Shown here: piece after piece, positions 12,400-25,278 of the stretch
Layout: the number at the start of each line of letters is the position of its first letter
Numbering within the stretch: the first letter of the stretch is position 1
DNA from: Octopus sinensis
Lineage: Eukaryota
NCBI RefSeq assembly: GCF_006345805.1
Contig: NC_042997.1
Location: forward strand, 37,696,001 to 37,760,000
DNA: 64,000 bases
Direction of reading: 5' to 3'
Notes under the pieces: model-generated
Database searches by the model: none
Told to the model about the DNA's origin: nothing
What the model saw: only the letters and a program-made list of their open reading frames with translations
Program-made: the position numbers and the translations under genes

Positions 12400-13365
12400 T
12401 TAGTTTTATTACTATTTTGTTGTCTATGAACAGCTTCTAACGCTGGAGAAGTACTACAGTGTCAGCTGTTCACTACCAGTGAACTGAGGTAACACTTCTT
12501 ATTTTTCGAGCACCATCCGGAGTATTCGAGCAGTTCCAAGCAGTGCTTTTCTCTGAAAGTACTCCACCCTCATTACAGCCCTTCTCAAGGTTTTTACTCA
12601 CTGATCCCAGAGCTCTGACAATCATTGGTACTACTAACACTGTTTTCAGCGACCACAACTGCTTAACCTCCCAAGCTAACCTGCCATATCTATCCACTTT
12701 CCTTCCTCCTTATCGCATACCTTGTTGGCAGCTGGGCATGTTATATCTATAATTCAACATTGTTTACTTTGTTTGGTTTCCTATTTTCTATCTCATGGAT
12801 GCGCTGAATTAGAACATCCCATAGAATCTTTGCATTGTCATTTTCGATGATGCCTTCGGGTTAATGTTCGTACAACCTTTTTTGCTGTTAAGTCCACACT
12901 TGTTGCAAAGTGTCGAATGGACAATCCTTGCTACATTGTTATGGCGTCTCTTATAGTTTTTCTGGGCTAGTGGCGTATATTGACTGGTAATATACCAAAC
13001 GCTATCACCATTTTGTCTGCAAATTATGCACTTATCACTTTCTGTTGTGTTGTTTATTCTATATTTGATGTAATTGGTTCGAAATTCATGCTCTTGGGTA
13101 ACACAGATTAGAGTCTCCGTTTCCGGTTTTAAATTACTTTTGGTCATCCATAGCCATCCTTTTTCTCTGTCTCTCTTATCTTCCCCATCTCTATGAAACT
13201 ATCCTTGCATTCTTTACTTTATGTACCTATTTTCGGTTTTATTCATTGTCAAGTGCTTGTACAGTGCTTTATCTTTGCAATATTCCATCCTTTACATACC
13301 ATACTATGTTGTTGTCTTCTGCTCTATTGCTATGTTCGCATCCCATAAGTTCTCTTCTTCTTGGT
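12400..13365 (-). mobile_element. R4/Dong-like non-LTR retrotransposon 3' part (CCHC + restriction-like endonuclease region)
   Basis: WLWMTKSNLKPETETLICVTQEHEFRTNYIK..DKCIICRQNGDSVWYITS..YKRRHNNVARIVH and DRYGRLAWEVKQLW..VVPMIVRALGSVSKNLEK (ORFs 12809..13147, 12473..12697). Confidence 0.85.
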
Positions 13366-13692
13366 ATACACACACACACTCACACACATATACATACGCG
13401 TAGTGAGTCGTCTAAGAGTCTATAAGTCAGACATATACGATATTGATGTGTATATATATATATATATATGTATGTAAGTATGTATGTATGCATGTATGCA
13501 TATATATGTATGTATATGTATATATATATATGCACTGTTTATTTGTATAAAATTCCTATCCTGTATTTTTTGTAAGTATTCTAAAACCGAAAAAGTAAGT
13601 GTATTGAGATTTGTGAGGTGTTGCCACCAGTTCTGAAGGTACTATCTTTATACAGAATAGCAGCAGCAGTAGCGGCAACAGCAGCAGCAGTA

Positions 13693-13732
<40 letters not shown>

Positions 13733-13871
13733 GCCTGACAATGTATAAAATGAAAGAGAGAAGTACTCAACTTTGCTTTTTACCTAAAATTTGCTGAGTT
13801 TATGCTGAAAGACGGACAGCTGTTTAATCGTTAGCACTGCAAACGAAATATCTAATGGTATTTCTTTCACT

Positions 13872-14107
13872 AAGGCGGCGAGCTGGCAGAATCGTTAGCA
13901 CGTCGGGCGAAATGCTTAGCGGTATTTCGGATGCCGTTACGTTGTGAGTTCAAATTCCGCCGAGGTCGACTTTGCCTTTCATCCTTTCGGGGTCGATAAA
14001 TTAAGTACCAGTTAAGCACTGGGGTCGATATAATTGACTTAATACCTATGTCTGTCCATGTTTGTCTCCTCTATGTTTAGCCCCTTGTGGGTAATAAAGA
14101 AATAGGC
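13872..14107 (+). mobile_element. tRNA-derived SINE, family B
   Basis: AAGGCGGCGAGCTGGCAGAATCGTTAG..GAGTTCAAATTCC (A/B-box-like); tail CCCCTTGTGGGTAATAAAGAAATAGG; several homologues in the window. Confidence 0.85.
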
Positions 14108-15098
14108 ATTTCTTTCAGTTTCGTTATTCAAATACAACCGTGGCCGATATTGACTTTCTTCCTTTCCTCGAGGATAAAGTATGTAACAATCGAGAACGAG
14201 AGTCGATCTAATCGCTAGTTCCCACAACCAAAATTTCAAGCCTTGTGTCTATATTATAAAGAACTGTTATTGAAACGTAGCAAATGACATATTCCCGAAC
14301 ATTAAGAATTTATATCGATTTAAGAAAAACTGAAATATTTTTTTCTCTCTTATCTGTACTTAATATTCTGTATTTCTGAATTCATATGATATAGTAGAAA
14401 ATTTTTAAAAAGGCTGTAAAAATTATTCTGTCTCTTCCAAATAAATTAAATTTAATTAGGCAGCTGTAAACTATGGTTCAAAAGACCTTTAATTTCAGGA
14501 AATCAGAAGAATTCGCAGATTTATGAATCGCAAATGGTTTTCTAAAGAGCATTTAAGTATAAAGCTTGTTAGTCTTCATAGAATTCTTCATTACCTCGTC
14601 ATTCAGTTTATTATTGTGGAGAAATAACATGGTCTTACTAAAAATAGATAAATATATCGATACATATACATATTTACACACATAACACACACATATATAT
14701 AAATATATACACAAACACACACACGTACACATACACATGTATACATGTATGTATGTGTGTACTTATATATTTGTTATTGTAAACGAAAAGCACTGATATT
14801 CATATACTTACACGGCCATATGTATACAAATGCAAAGCATATAGATATGTGTATATATAGCAAAAAGCTAACACGAACAGCATATTCATGTATGCATATA
14901 CATGATATTCATGCTTATGCGTCCGTGTGCGAGTGTTTGTGTCTACGTATTTGAGAATATTTTCTATGTTTGAGTCTCTGTGTATGTGTAAATGTGTATA
15001 CTTATATTTTCATGTGGTTATGTATAACTTATATACATTATGTATCAGAACAAGTTTACAGACAGATAACTGTTAATCTTTTCTAAGAACATCGATTA

Positions 15099-15160
<62 letters not shown>

Positions 15161-15722
15161 ATGCATATACATATATAAATTGGTGTGTGTTTGTAGCTTT
15201 GTGCCTATGTACCTGTGTGTAAATATAGTTTCATATTTTTATAAATGACTTGTATACATTATTTATCAGTACAAGTTAACAGGTAGATAGTTGTTAATGT
15301 GTTCTATGAAAAACCACCGATTAGTATATACATATATTATATCTGGAAAACTATTAAGAGTATGTTTTAGTATATTCGTGTTAAGAAGGATTTCAAGACT
15401 CGGGTACCACACTCTATTGCAAGATTAATAAGAAAAAGGTGTCTTTTATTTAATAAAACGTTATGATTCAAATAGACAAAGATGATATTTATCTCCATAG
15501 AGATGTATCAGCTTTAAAGCATACAATTTAAAAACCAATAAAAAGTGTTTATGAAGAGGCCAGATAAGTAGTAATGTATAGAAGGCATATATATGTGTTT
15601 GTGTGTGTGTATATATATATATATAACGTGAAGCTTTATGAAAATAAACAAAAGACGAAGGCAGGTGGAATACAAACAAGCAATTGTATTAGTATGGCGC
15701 TCAGGAATATAAATAAAACAAG

Positions 15723-15760
15723 TCTTTTACGTTTCGAGCCTACGCTCTTCAACAGAAAGA
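15723..15760 (-). ncRNA. Minimal type I hammerhead ribozyme motif, CUGUUGA core variant
   Basis: Minus strand TCTTT-CTGTTGA-A-GAGC-GTAG-GCTC-GAAA-C-GTA-AAAGA: 5-bp stem I, 4-bp stem II, palindromic ACGT stem III, GTA triplet. Confidence 0.65.
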
Positions 15761-15833
15761 TACACAGAAAAGAAACACAGAAAGAAACAAGGAAAGAAAA
15801 AAAATGTGTGCAAGTGTTTGTATATACATAAAC

Positions 15834-15906
<73 letters not shown>

Positions 15907-16468
15907 ATGCATATACATATATAAATTGGTGTGTGTTTGTAGCTTTGTGCCTATGTACCTGTGTGTAAATATAGTTTCATATTTTTATAAATGACTTGTA
16001 TACATTATTTATCAGTACAAGTTAACAGGTAGATAGTTGTTAATGTGTTCTATGAAAAACCACCGATTAGTATATACATATATTATATCTGGAAAACTAT
16101 TAAGAGTATGTTTTAGTATATTCGTGTTAAGAAGGATTTCAAGACTCGGGTACCACACTCTATTGCAAGATTAATAAGAAAAAGGTGTCTTTTATTTAAT
16201 AAAACGTTATGATTCAAATAGACAAAGATGATATTTATCTCCATAGAGATGTATCAGCTTTAAAGCATACAATTTAAAAACCAATAAAAAGTGTTTATGA
16301 AGAGGCCAGATAAGTAGTAATGTATAGAAGGCATATATATGTGTTTGTGTGTGTGTATATATATATATATAACGTGAAGCTTTATGAAAATAAACAAAAG
16401 ACGAAGGCAGGTGGAATACAAACAAGCAATTGTATTAGTATGGCGCTCAGGAATATAAATAAAACAAG

Positions 16469-16506
16469 TCTTTTACGTTTCGAGCCTACGCTCTTCAACA
16501 GAAAGA
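16469..16506 (-). ncRNA. Minimal hammerhead motif, CUGUUGA variant (duplicate of 15723-15760)
   Basis: Identical sequence 746 bp downstream. Confidence 0.65.
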
Positions 16507-16579
16507 TACACAGAAAAGAAACACAGAAAGAAACAAGGAAAGAAAAAAAATGTGTGCAAGTGTTTGTATATACATAAAC

Positions 16580-16614
<35 letters not shown>

Positions 16615-16792
16615 CTCACATTGTGCTACGTTAGAATCGTATTCGCTTGGTTCTAGGTTCGATTATACATTATATATTCTTTTACAAATGTTTTTAATCT
16701 GTATGTCCTGTAGTAAATGTGTTGCTGTCAGACATGCCTTAAGCATTTGAATTTACTCATACTTAATCTACTCCAGAATTTTCAAATATTTT

Positions 16793-17812
16793 TCATAGTG
16801 GCCCTCTCAGATATGCCCTCAGCTGCCCGGATAGCCACCCTTGCTAGTTACACAGACGATACGAAAGTCTCACAGAAAATACAGAATCCCAGCGATGTTG
16901 CACATCTGCAGCAAGAGTTGTACTCAATTTACCAATGGGCTGAGGAGAATAATATGCAGTTTAGTACTGAAAAATTTGAAGCATTGCGCTACCAGCGTCC
17001 AAAACTGAATATGGAACTTACAGGGTACACTAGTCTACGTGGAATTACAGTCCCAGATTCTAAATCAGTGAGGGATCTGGGTATGGACATGAGTGACGAT
17101 ACCCCTTTCCAAGTACGCATTATCAGAATGGCGACAAATTGCAGACGACTGGCTGGCTGGATCTTGAGAACATTCGAACCAGAGATAAACCATGATGGTC
17201 CCCTGGATGGCATTCGTCCTCAGCCACCTGGATTACTGCTCCCATCTATGGTCACTCAACAGTGTAAAATTAACACCGGACCTTGAAGCAACCCAGCGAA
17301 GTTTCACAATCAAGATCGTCTCTTTGCAACAGCTCAGCTCCTGGAAAAGGCCGAAACAGCTAAGAATGGGGCGAAGGCGGGAGAGGTATGCAGTAATATA
17401 CATCTGAAAGACCCTAGAAGGAATTGGGCCATATTTTGTCATTCAAAGCTATACCAAAGCCAGAACGTGTCGACACAGCACAGTGCCAAAGATCCCAGCA
17501 ATGACATCGCGCTTCAGGACCAGTTACTACACCATCCTAGGTTTCAGGTGCCCACAGCTTTTTAATATTCTCCCAAAGGATCTGAGGAACTTGCACAAAG
17601 TAGATGTAGGGGGGTTTTAAATTAAAGCTGGACATCTTCCTGTCGAGAGCCCCGGATGAACCTATCTCACAGCAAGAGGTGCAAATGAGGGTAGCTACAT
17701 CACACTCCATTCATCACCAAGTGCCACATATTAGAGGAGGCTCTCAGTAATATCAGCGTAGCAAAGTGGCGGTGCTCCAGCATGGTCACAGCTCTGAGCT
17801 GAAACTAGAGAT
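16793..17812 (+). mobile_element. CR1-like LINE, 5'-truncated and degenerate (RT C-terminus + 3' UTR)
   Basis: LASYTDDTK (16849-16860), LQQELYSIYQWAEENNMQFSTEKFE, VRDLG, LSHLDYCSHLW, RRRERYAVIYI; 3' end GGCGGTGCTCCAGCATGG..CTGAAACTAGAG. Confidence 0.9.
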
Positions 17813-18210
17813 AATAAAGGTTGCCAGATAAAATGATTTACATGTAATTCATTTTCATCCGAACTGTTTGTAGTAAAGAAAAAATTCCTTCGCAAATACT
17901 CATTGGTGTGGGGTTGATTAGTCCAATCACCAGTTTTGGTAAACAGAGGTTTTTGTATAAAAGTCTTACGTCGACTTCAGGTTCTTGTGTAAAACTTGGT
18001 AGATAGAAATTATAGAGAAACGTTATTTTCTGCGTCAAATTTCGTCCCTCTAATTATATGATGGTTTTCTCAGCATTTACATGTGAGGGTTTTCTAATTA
18101 TTTCTCTGGATATAATTTGAAGAAAACAAATAACTGTTAACGTATATTTTCGCTCGAAACACGAAACCGTATATTGTATTATCTTTAATATTATATATTT
18201 ATATGGAACG

Positions 18211-18400
18211 AAGGCGGAGAGCTAGAAGAGTCGTTAGCACACCGGGGAATATGCTCAGCGGTTTTTCATCCGTCTTTACGTTCTGAGTTCAAATTTCAGC
18301 GAGGTTGACTTGTTCTCTAGGGATTGTTAGAACAAGTACCAGTTGATCACTGCAGTCGATGTAATCGACTTCCCCTCCCCCAAACTGTTGGTGTTGTACC
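18211..18400 (+). mobile_element. SINE family B, diverged
   Basis: Homologous head and central part relative to 13872. Confidence 0.7.
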
Positions 18401-18899
18401 AAATCTTCGTAGCAATATTATATATGAAAAAATGTATCTAAAGAGAAATGTTTTATTAGACATAGCTTTAACGTATTATCTTTTACTCGTACAGTTATTA
18501 GTTTATGGCCATGCTGGGCACTGACTTGAAGTGTTTTGTCAAACAAAATGACCCATATATAGAATGTAGTCAAGTGAATAAATATCATATAGATGCACAT
18601 ATATTCTGTGTCTTAAAGTTTATACTAGAATATTAGTTTGCAGCGCTATCAATTTAGCTAACTAGAGCTAACTATCTTTCTTTAGTTATGTACACACAGT
18701 CACAAACATTCGCATGCGCACTCACAAACATAGATATGTAAATGCATGTGTGTATGTGTACGTATACGTGTATTTCGGTATATCTGCGTGTGAAGGTGTG
18801 TGTGTTACGTGTATGTGTGTCTGTGTATATATGTGTGAGTGTGTGTGAGTGGGTGTGCGTGGGTGTACGTATGTGTTTGTGTATCGGTATATGTGTTAG

Positions 18900-19133
18900 A
18901 AGGCGGTGAACTGGCAGAAACGTTAGCACGCCGGGCGAAATGCTTAGCGGTATTTCGTCTGCGTTACGTTGTGAGTTCAAATTCCGCCGAGGTCGACTTT
19001 GCCTTTCATCCTTTCGGGGTCGATAAATTAAGTACCAGTTACGCACTGGGGTCGATGTAATCGACTTAATACCTATGTCTGTCCTTGTTTGTCCCCTCTG
19101 TATTTAGCCCCTTGTGGGTAATAAAGAAATAGG
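18900..19133 (+). mobile_element. SINE family B
   Basis: Near-complete match to 13872-14107. Confidence 0.88.
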
Positions 19134-19289
19134 TATATGTGTGAGTGTGTCTGTGTGCGTGCGCTCCCGCGCGTATGCTTGTATGCGTGTATATATGCGT
19201 GTACGTGTATCATGAATTACAGTCATTATTTAACGACATAATACAATATGACACTGACTGTATGATTCCTCTTTCACGAATATTAATAC

Positions 19290-19550
19290 GTAGCATTGTT
19301 AAATGACCTCAGCAACTTAAGGAATGATGTCTGAGCACATACTGAAAATCATGGACGAGGAAAAATTCAAACTCATTCACTTTAGGAAAGAGAACATATT
19401 TAAGCAACCATATTGTCTTCTCGCGAGCGAAAGTCCCGTAGGATAAAATAACATCAGAGACACATGTGTAACTGTGGACAACAACCTAATCTGGAGAGCA
19501 CACACCAACAATAAAGTCGTCATGGCCCACAGTATGAACGCCTAAATCCT
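19290..19550 (+). mobile_element. Degenerate CR1-like LINE fragment
   Basis: EKFKLIHFRK and NIRDTCVTVDNNLIWRAHTNNKV resemble the CR1 KF..H.G / RDLGV.VD..L.W..HI motifs. Confidence 0.5.
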
Positions 19551-19696
19551 TTGATATTTACAGTCCGTAGATTTTGTTATCATCATTCTTCACTTTTCTG
19601 TTCTTTTTTTCTATATGTCAATTTTAATACTGCCGCCCACTATGGTTGCCACACACGCTGTGACGGAATATGGCAATACATGTTTCAGTCATTACG

Positions 19697-19730
<34 letters not shown>

Positions 19731-19971
19731 CTGTTGTGTCTGGGGAGAGTCATTCTCTTTTAGTGCCTTATTATTTAACACACTCACCGGTAAAATTTCC
19801 ACTTATTTGTTTTTTTAATTTTCTAAAGTTTTCGTTGCGTGTTGCAACCTTTTCAATAGTCTTGACTCCCTTGAATCCAAAACGAAATATATATATTTGA
19901 GTTTTCTACTGCTCTTTCTAGCACAAGGCTTTCCTATTTGGAAGCCTCTTAATGTGTTTTAATGTACACGA

Positions 19972-20009
19972 TATATATATATATATGTATGTATATATAT
20001 ATATGTATG

Positions 20010-20041
<32 letters not shown>

Positions 20042-20043
20042 TA

Positions 20044-20095
<52 letters not shown>

Positions 20096-20125
20096 CATAT
20101 ATATATATATATATACATATATATA
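19972..20125. repeat. (TA)n/(TATG)n microsatellite
   Basis: Read directly; comparable tracts at 21620-21930, 35160-35440, 45680-45860, 48490-48760, 52810-53035, 53430-53560, 57520-57700, 59785-59995. Confidence 0.95.
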
Positions 20126-21627
20126 CAGTGTTGTGTATATGTGTTGTATAAAACATCTAACAATGATTATATTAAATATGTACGTATATAAACGTTTGAT
20201 TATGTATGTTAACGCAAAATGTCGATATATTAACTCATTCGATACTTTAAAGAAAATTTCAATAGAAACAGAATAGAAATGACCGTTCTGCTAAGAATAA
20301 TACATTAATCAATGAGTAAAAAAAATTCACAAAATTGATATATAAATAAAAGTTGAAATTATAGAACACAGAGCAACACACAGAAATAAACATATGATAC
20401 TAACATTTGAACAATGTGTAGGCTACGAACAAGGACTATATATAATATCGTTATAATACGAAAGTAGTTATTTACCAAAGTGCCGCTTTCGAAATTTCGA
20501 CAATAAAGGATAAAATAACAGTTTAAGAGTTAGGGTGAACATAAATGCATTATTTCTAAGCTACATTATAACAAGAAGCAATTCGTTCCCAATGAGAGCT
20601 GAAAATAAAATCTTAACGAACGATAATTTTCATAAGCCTAAAAGTACACTGTCATTGCATAATTTCTTGAAATTTGCATAATTTAAAACAAGCCAGGATT
20701 TTTTCCCAATTTAAATTATAATCAAAAATTATCTTCTTCAGTACAAAAATATTGCTGTCGTGAGATGTCATTACACTGTGCGCAGTTTCGAAATTCTAAT
20801 AGAATGTTGCCTTATTAATTGTAGTTAAATCCTTTCGAGATAAAAACTTCGCATTTCATTCCCTCGCATTCGATAAAATACCCTACGAGCAAAGTACTGT
20901 TTCGATGGTATTGACAATTCCTTATGCCTATAGTTGAAATAATCATTAATTATAAATCTCCTGTGAAATTTTTAGAATTGTTAAAAATATAATTCACAGC
21001 GAAGAGATTAAGAATATTAAAAATGTAATACCTGCTTATTTCTCTTCCTTGTACAGAAAATGCAAAAATTACTATGCTGATGTTGATTTGATTAGAAAAA
21101 TAATTGCCGTCGTGCTTGCACTGATAATTGCTAGTACTGATTTTAATTAATTTGTAATTGCATAGAGAATCAGTTATCTAAACCTCACATTTTATGTTAT
21201 ATTGATTTTCTTTTTTTGACATTTTATTATTATTAAGTATAAGATTTTCACCATATTTACGATCTTCGCACGGATACTATTTTGCATCTCTTGGCAGTCA
21301 TTTGTTGAGCTGTTCTTCCAAAACATGGGCGAAGTATGTTTTTTTTCTCTTTTTTCTTTATTTGTTTCAGTCATGCTGAGACACCGACTTGAATAATTTT
21401 AACCAAATGGATTGATCTCAGTATTCATATATTTCGAAGCCTCGCAATTTTTCTATTGTGTTCTGTTCATTTGTTTGCCAAAACACTGGCGGCGTAAGTT
21501 CAACATCTCCCTTTACCAACGCGGGAGACAGCGCCAAACCCAGACATAGAGACACACATGCATTGAATCATTCATAAATACATTCATACATACATACATG
21601 TATACATACGTACATAAATAAAGATAT

Positions 21628-21714
<87 letters not shown>

Positions 21715-21843
21715 GTATATATATTATATATATGTATATATATAATATATGTATATATATATATATAATATATATATATATATACATATATATGTATATG
21801 CATACAGACATATATATGAATATATATGAATACGTGCACGCAT

Positions 21844-21926
<83 letters not shown>

Positions 21927-21927
<1 letters not shown>

Positions 21928-22110
21928 TATATATAAGTGGTGCTCCAGCATGGCTGCAGTCAAATGACTGAAGCAAATAAAAGAATATATACGCGGGCTT
22001 CTTTCAGTTTCCGTCGTCCATCATGGCTTTCTTTGTTGCGAAGTTATAGCTGAAAACACGTGCGAACGTGTAATCTAGTGTGAAATAACACGGAGCCATG
22101 TGGTTGGGAA
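21927..22110. mobile_element. SINE family C fragments (3' tail on +, head fragment on -)
   Basis: GGTGCTCCAGCATGGCTGCAGTCAAATGACTGAAGCAA, then GGGCTTCTTTCAGTTTCCGTC..CCATGTGGTTGG. Confidence 0.65.
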
Positions 22111-23601
22111 TGTAGAATCCCTCTCCAGGAATATTCGCTAGTGCGCACTGCAGCTTATCGTCTGGGAAAGATAAATACTGTAGTAAATTTTGGCATGGCA
22201 GTAATCTATGCGCTAGTTTCTACTGTTCCTGCATGACAAGTCGAGTTTTTAAGGAATTGTCATCTGAAGTTCTATCGTGTGGAATTTATCGGGTTTTAGA
22301 TATTTGGTTTAATTAAATATGTATAATAAAACTATGAGCATCAAAATACGAGTGGATCACAACCTCATAATAATACAAGCAGGACTGGTTACGGTCGGTG
22401 ATGAGTATATGTTCGATATGGAAATTGGTTTCATTTCATATACCAGACGAAGTGGAGTGATTTGTTGACATGTTTCTGAAAGCTAGCCGACTCTTTGAGT
22501 TTGAGAAAAAAATTGCTTGCTTACAAATGTCTGCAATTGTACAATAGAACGAAGTGAATGTCTGACTAATTATTTATGAGTAATGGTGATTGAATCGAAA
22601 TGTGACAGAAATAGTTGTTACCGATATTAAACTTATATATATTATACTAAGTTTATATATTAATATTCAACTCTGTTTCTGTCGTGTTTATAAATCTAGT
22701 ATATAGAATACATCTACTATATCATATCTCGATGCTAAGCGGAGTGAGACAGGCTCGTGAAAGTGTTAATACTTACAGTGTGCAAATTATTTGTTACAAT
22801 TTTTTGTAGATACTCTAATTGTTGTGTTTATAAATAGATCGGCAGCTTGTTTATCTGCGATTGGTCAATTGATGTTAACGCTTAGGAAAAGAATTAAATA
22901 GGATTCGAAAATCACTAAAGGTTGCTAAATTTTTGTGTCAATCTACGAAGACACATCTAAATTAGGTTTGTTTATAAATGCACTGTATATGTTATGTATG
23001 TATATATATATATATAAGTCCAAAACACGGAATAAGAGCGTAACGGATGGCAATAAAACCATACAGACAGATAGATGGTACAAAGATGGGCAATGGGCAA
23101 GAAAAAGCGGGACGGATCATTCGTGGCCCTCTACTCATCAATGAAGTATTCAATTATCATTACAGTTTTTGCTTGTCACATTTGAGACTGTTCAAAACTG
23201 GTAGGCACCAAAAATCTAAGCTAAGAGCATTAAATATTTAGAAGAAAGCAAGCGAATGTATACGACAATGCAGACAAATAAAAAAGCGAGAAAACGGAGA
23301 AAATTTTACACGATTACAAATACAAACAAAAAGAGAATAACAACAGGTGCCTTTCTACCAATAGGGACAAGTTAATTTGAACTGGCGTGTGGAGTGAAGA
23401 CCTTGAGGCACAGAGAGATGAAAGTCATGAGACAGGAAAATAAGGTGTTGTGCTGACGGCGGCGAGGGTGAGAAAGAAAGACCATGATTGGCCTATATAT
23501 ATACAGAGAGAGATTGATATGTGTATGTAAACACATATATATATATACATAGATATGCATATATAAACATATACATATATATGTGCATATATATATATAC
23601 G

Positions 23602-23636
<35 letters not shown>

Positions 23637-24899
23637 TTACGTATAAACACATATATACGTATTTATGTTATACAAGATTACAATACACACATGCACACAC
23701 GCACACATATATATGTATATACATGTGTAAGTGTGTAGTCAATATCGACGCATACGGAAAGCATTGCCTCATTCACCAAAACACGAACGAAACACCCTAC
23801 CATGCGCATGCAAATATTAACATACAAGATGAACCAACCCACTATATTAAGAAATATGGGTGAAGTTTGGAAATGAGGTTTTAGGCATTATTATAGATTT
23901 AATTTTTTTTTTCGTTTCCCTCATATTGTATCTGAATATATCGTTATAATTTTGTTCCCCTCTTATTGTACCTGTATATCGATTTAGTAATGGTTGTATA
24001 TGCACACATATACAAACATACGCGCGCACAAACAGATACATACACATTCACACACACATTCACACACATACACAAACACACACACACAGGGTAACGCCCT
24101 TCCGAACTACGACTTGAGTTCAAGCTATTTTTATTTAGAATATATTAATATAGAGTTCATTTCTATAGATAACTTGCACTTACTTTGAAATATATAACAA
24201 TTCCGCTCTTTTTAGTTTTCTATGAATCTATAACTTTCAAACTAATGTATACGACCATTCAGCATTACTTTTTTCTTGTTTTTGATTTTTTTTTTCTGGC
24301 ATATAACATTATGCATTCGAAACCTTTATGATAATGAACTTAGAATTCAACCCCCAAAAGATACAGATCTATCCCTTTACCAAATATATGCCAATTTAAA
24401 CTTCTGTCAGTTTGTAATACCTTAAAATTACCTTTCCTTCTAATTAACAGTTCTGACATTCACACAGCACATAGAGATATACATGTGTACCCCCCCCCAC
24501 ACACACACACGCACACATTTTTGTCAAAAGTAAGATATAAGTAAATACAAGTGCATCATATCAGAGAAATATTTTAAGCCATACACACCATCTAAAAAGA
24601 CTGTATAACACTTGTTAGTTTCCCTGTGTTATATCAGTCGACATACCGTCAACCGTTTTTTATTGAAGTAAGTGGATGATTTCAAGTGCGATGAGTGGAC
24701 GATTCTAGTTACTACAATGTTTTACTTAACAATTAAACTATATCGATTTCACTCTTTATTAAAAATAGAGGTAACAATAACAAATTACAAATATTTAAAG
24801 CGTTCTTTACACAGAGACGATTATACCCGCCTACACTCATATGTGTGTGTGCGTTTGTGTATGTGAGTGTGTCCGTTTTTATAGCTATATATAAATATC

Positions 24900-25278
24900 T
24901 TTTCTACTGTAGGCACAAGTCCTGGATTTTTGTAGGGAGGAGGCAAGTTGATCACATCGACCCAGTATCCGACTAGTATTCAATTTATCGACCCCGAAAG
25001 GATGAAAGTCGATCTCGGTGGAATTTGAACTCAGAACGTGCAGCTATATACAAATACCTATTTCTTTACTACCCACAAAGAGCTAAACACAGAGGGGACA
25101 AACAAGGACAGACAAACGGATTAAGTCGATTATATCGAACCTAGTTCGTAACTGGTACTTAATTTATCAACCCCGAAAGGATGAAAGGCAAAGTCGACCT
25201 CGGCGGAATTTGAACTCAGAACGTAATACCGCTAAGCATTTCTCCCGGCGTGCTAACGTTTCTGCCAGCTCGCCGCCT
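24900..25278 (-). mobile_element. SINE family B (complete, 25054-25278) plus an adjacent related partial copy
   Basis: Reverse complement of the family B consensus; a second GGATGAAAG..GAATTTGAACTCAGAACG block at 24990-25040. Confidence 0.82.

Larger units (their letters stand above)
15105..16612. repeat. Tandem duplication, period 746 bp, bounded by (TA)n
   Basis: 15181 aligns to 15927 and 15723 to 16469; identical ORFs 15461..15679 / 16207..16425 and 15574..15831 / 16320..16577. Confidence 0.95.

Noticed and set aside
13872-13960. tRNA-like heads of SINE families A, B and C considered as tRNA genes
   Set aside because: A/B boxes are present but no complete cloverleaf; each continues into a SINE body found many times in the window
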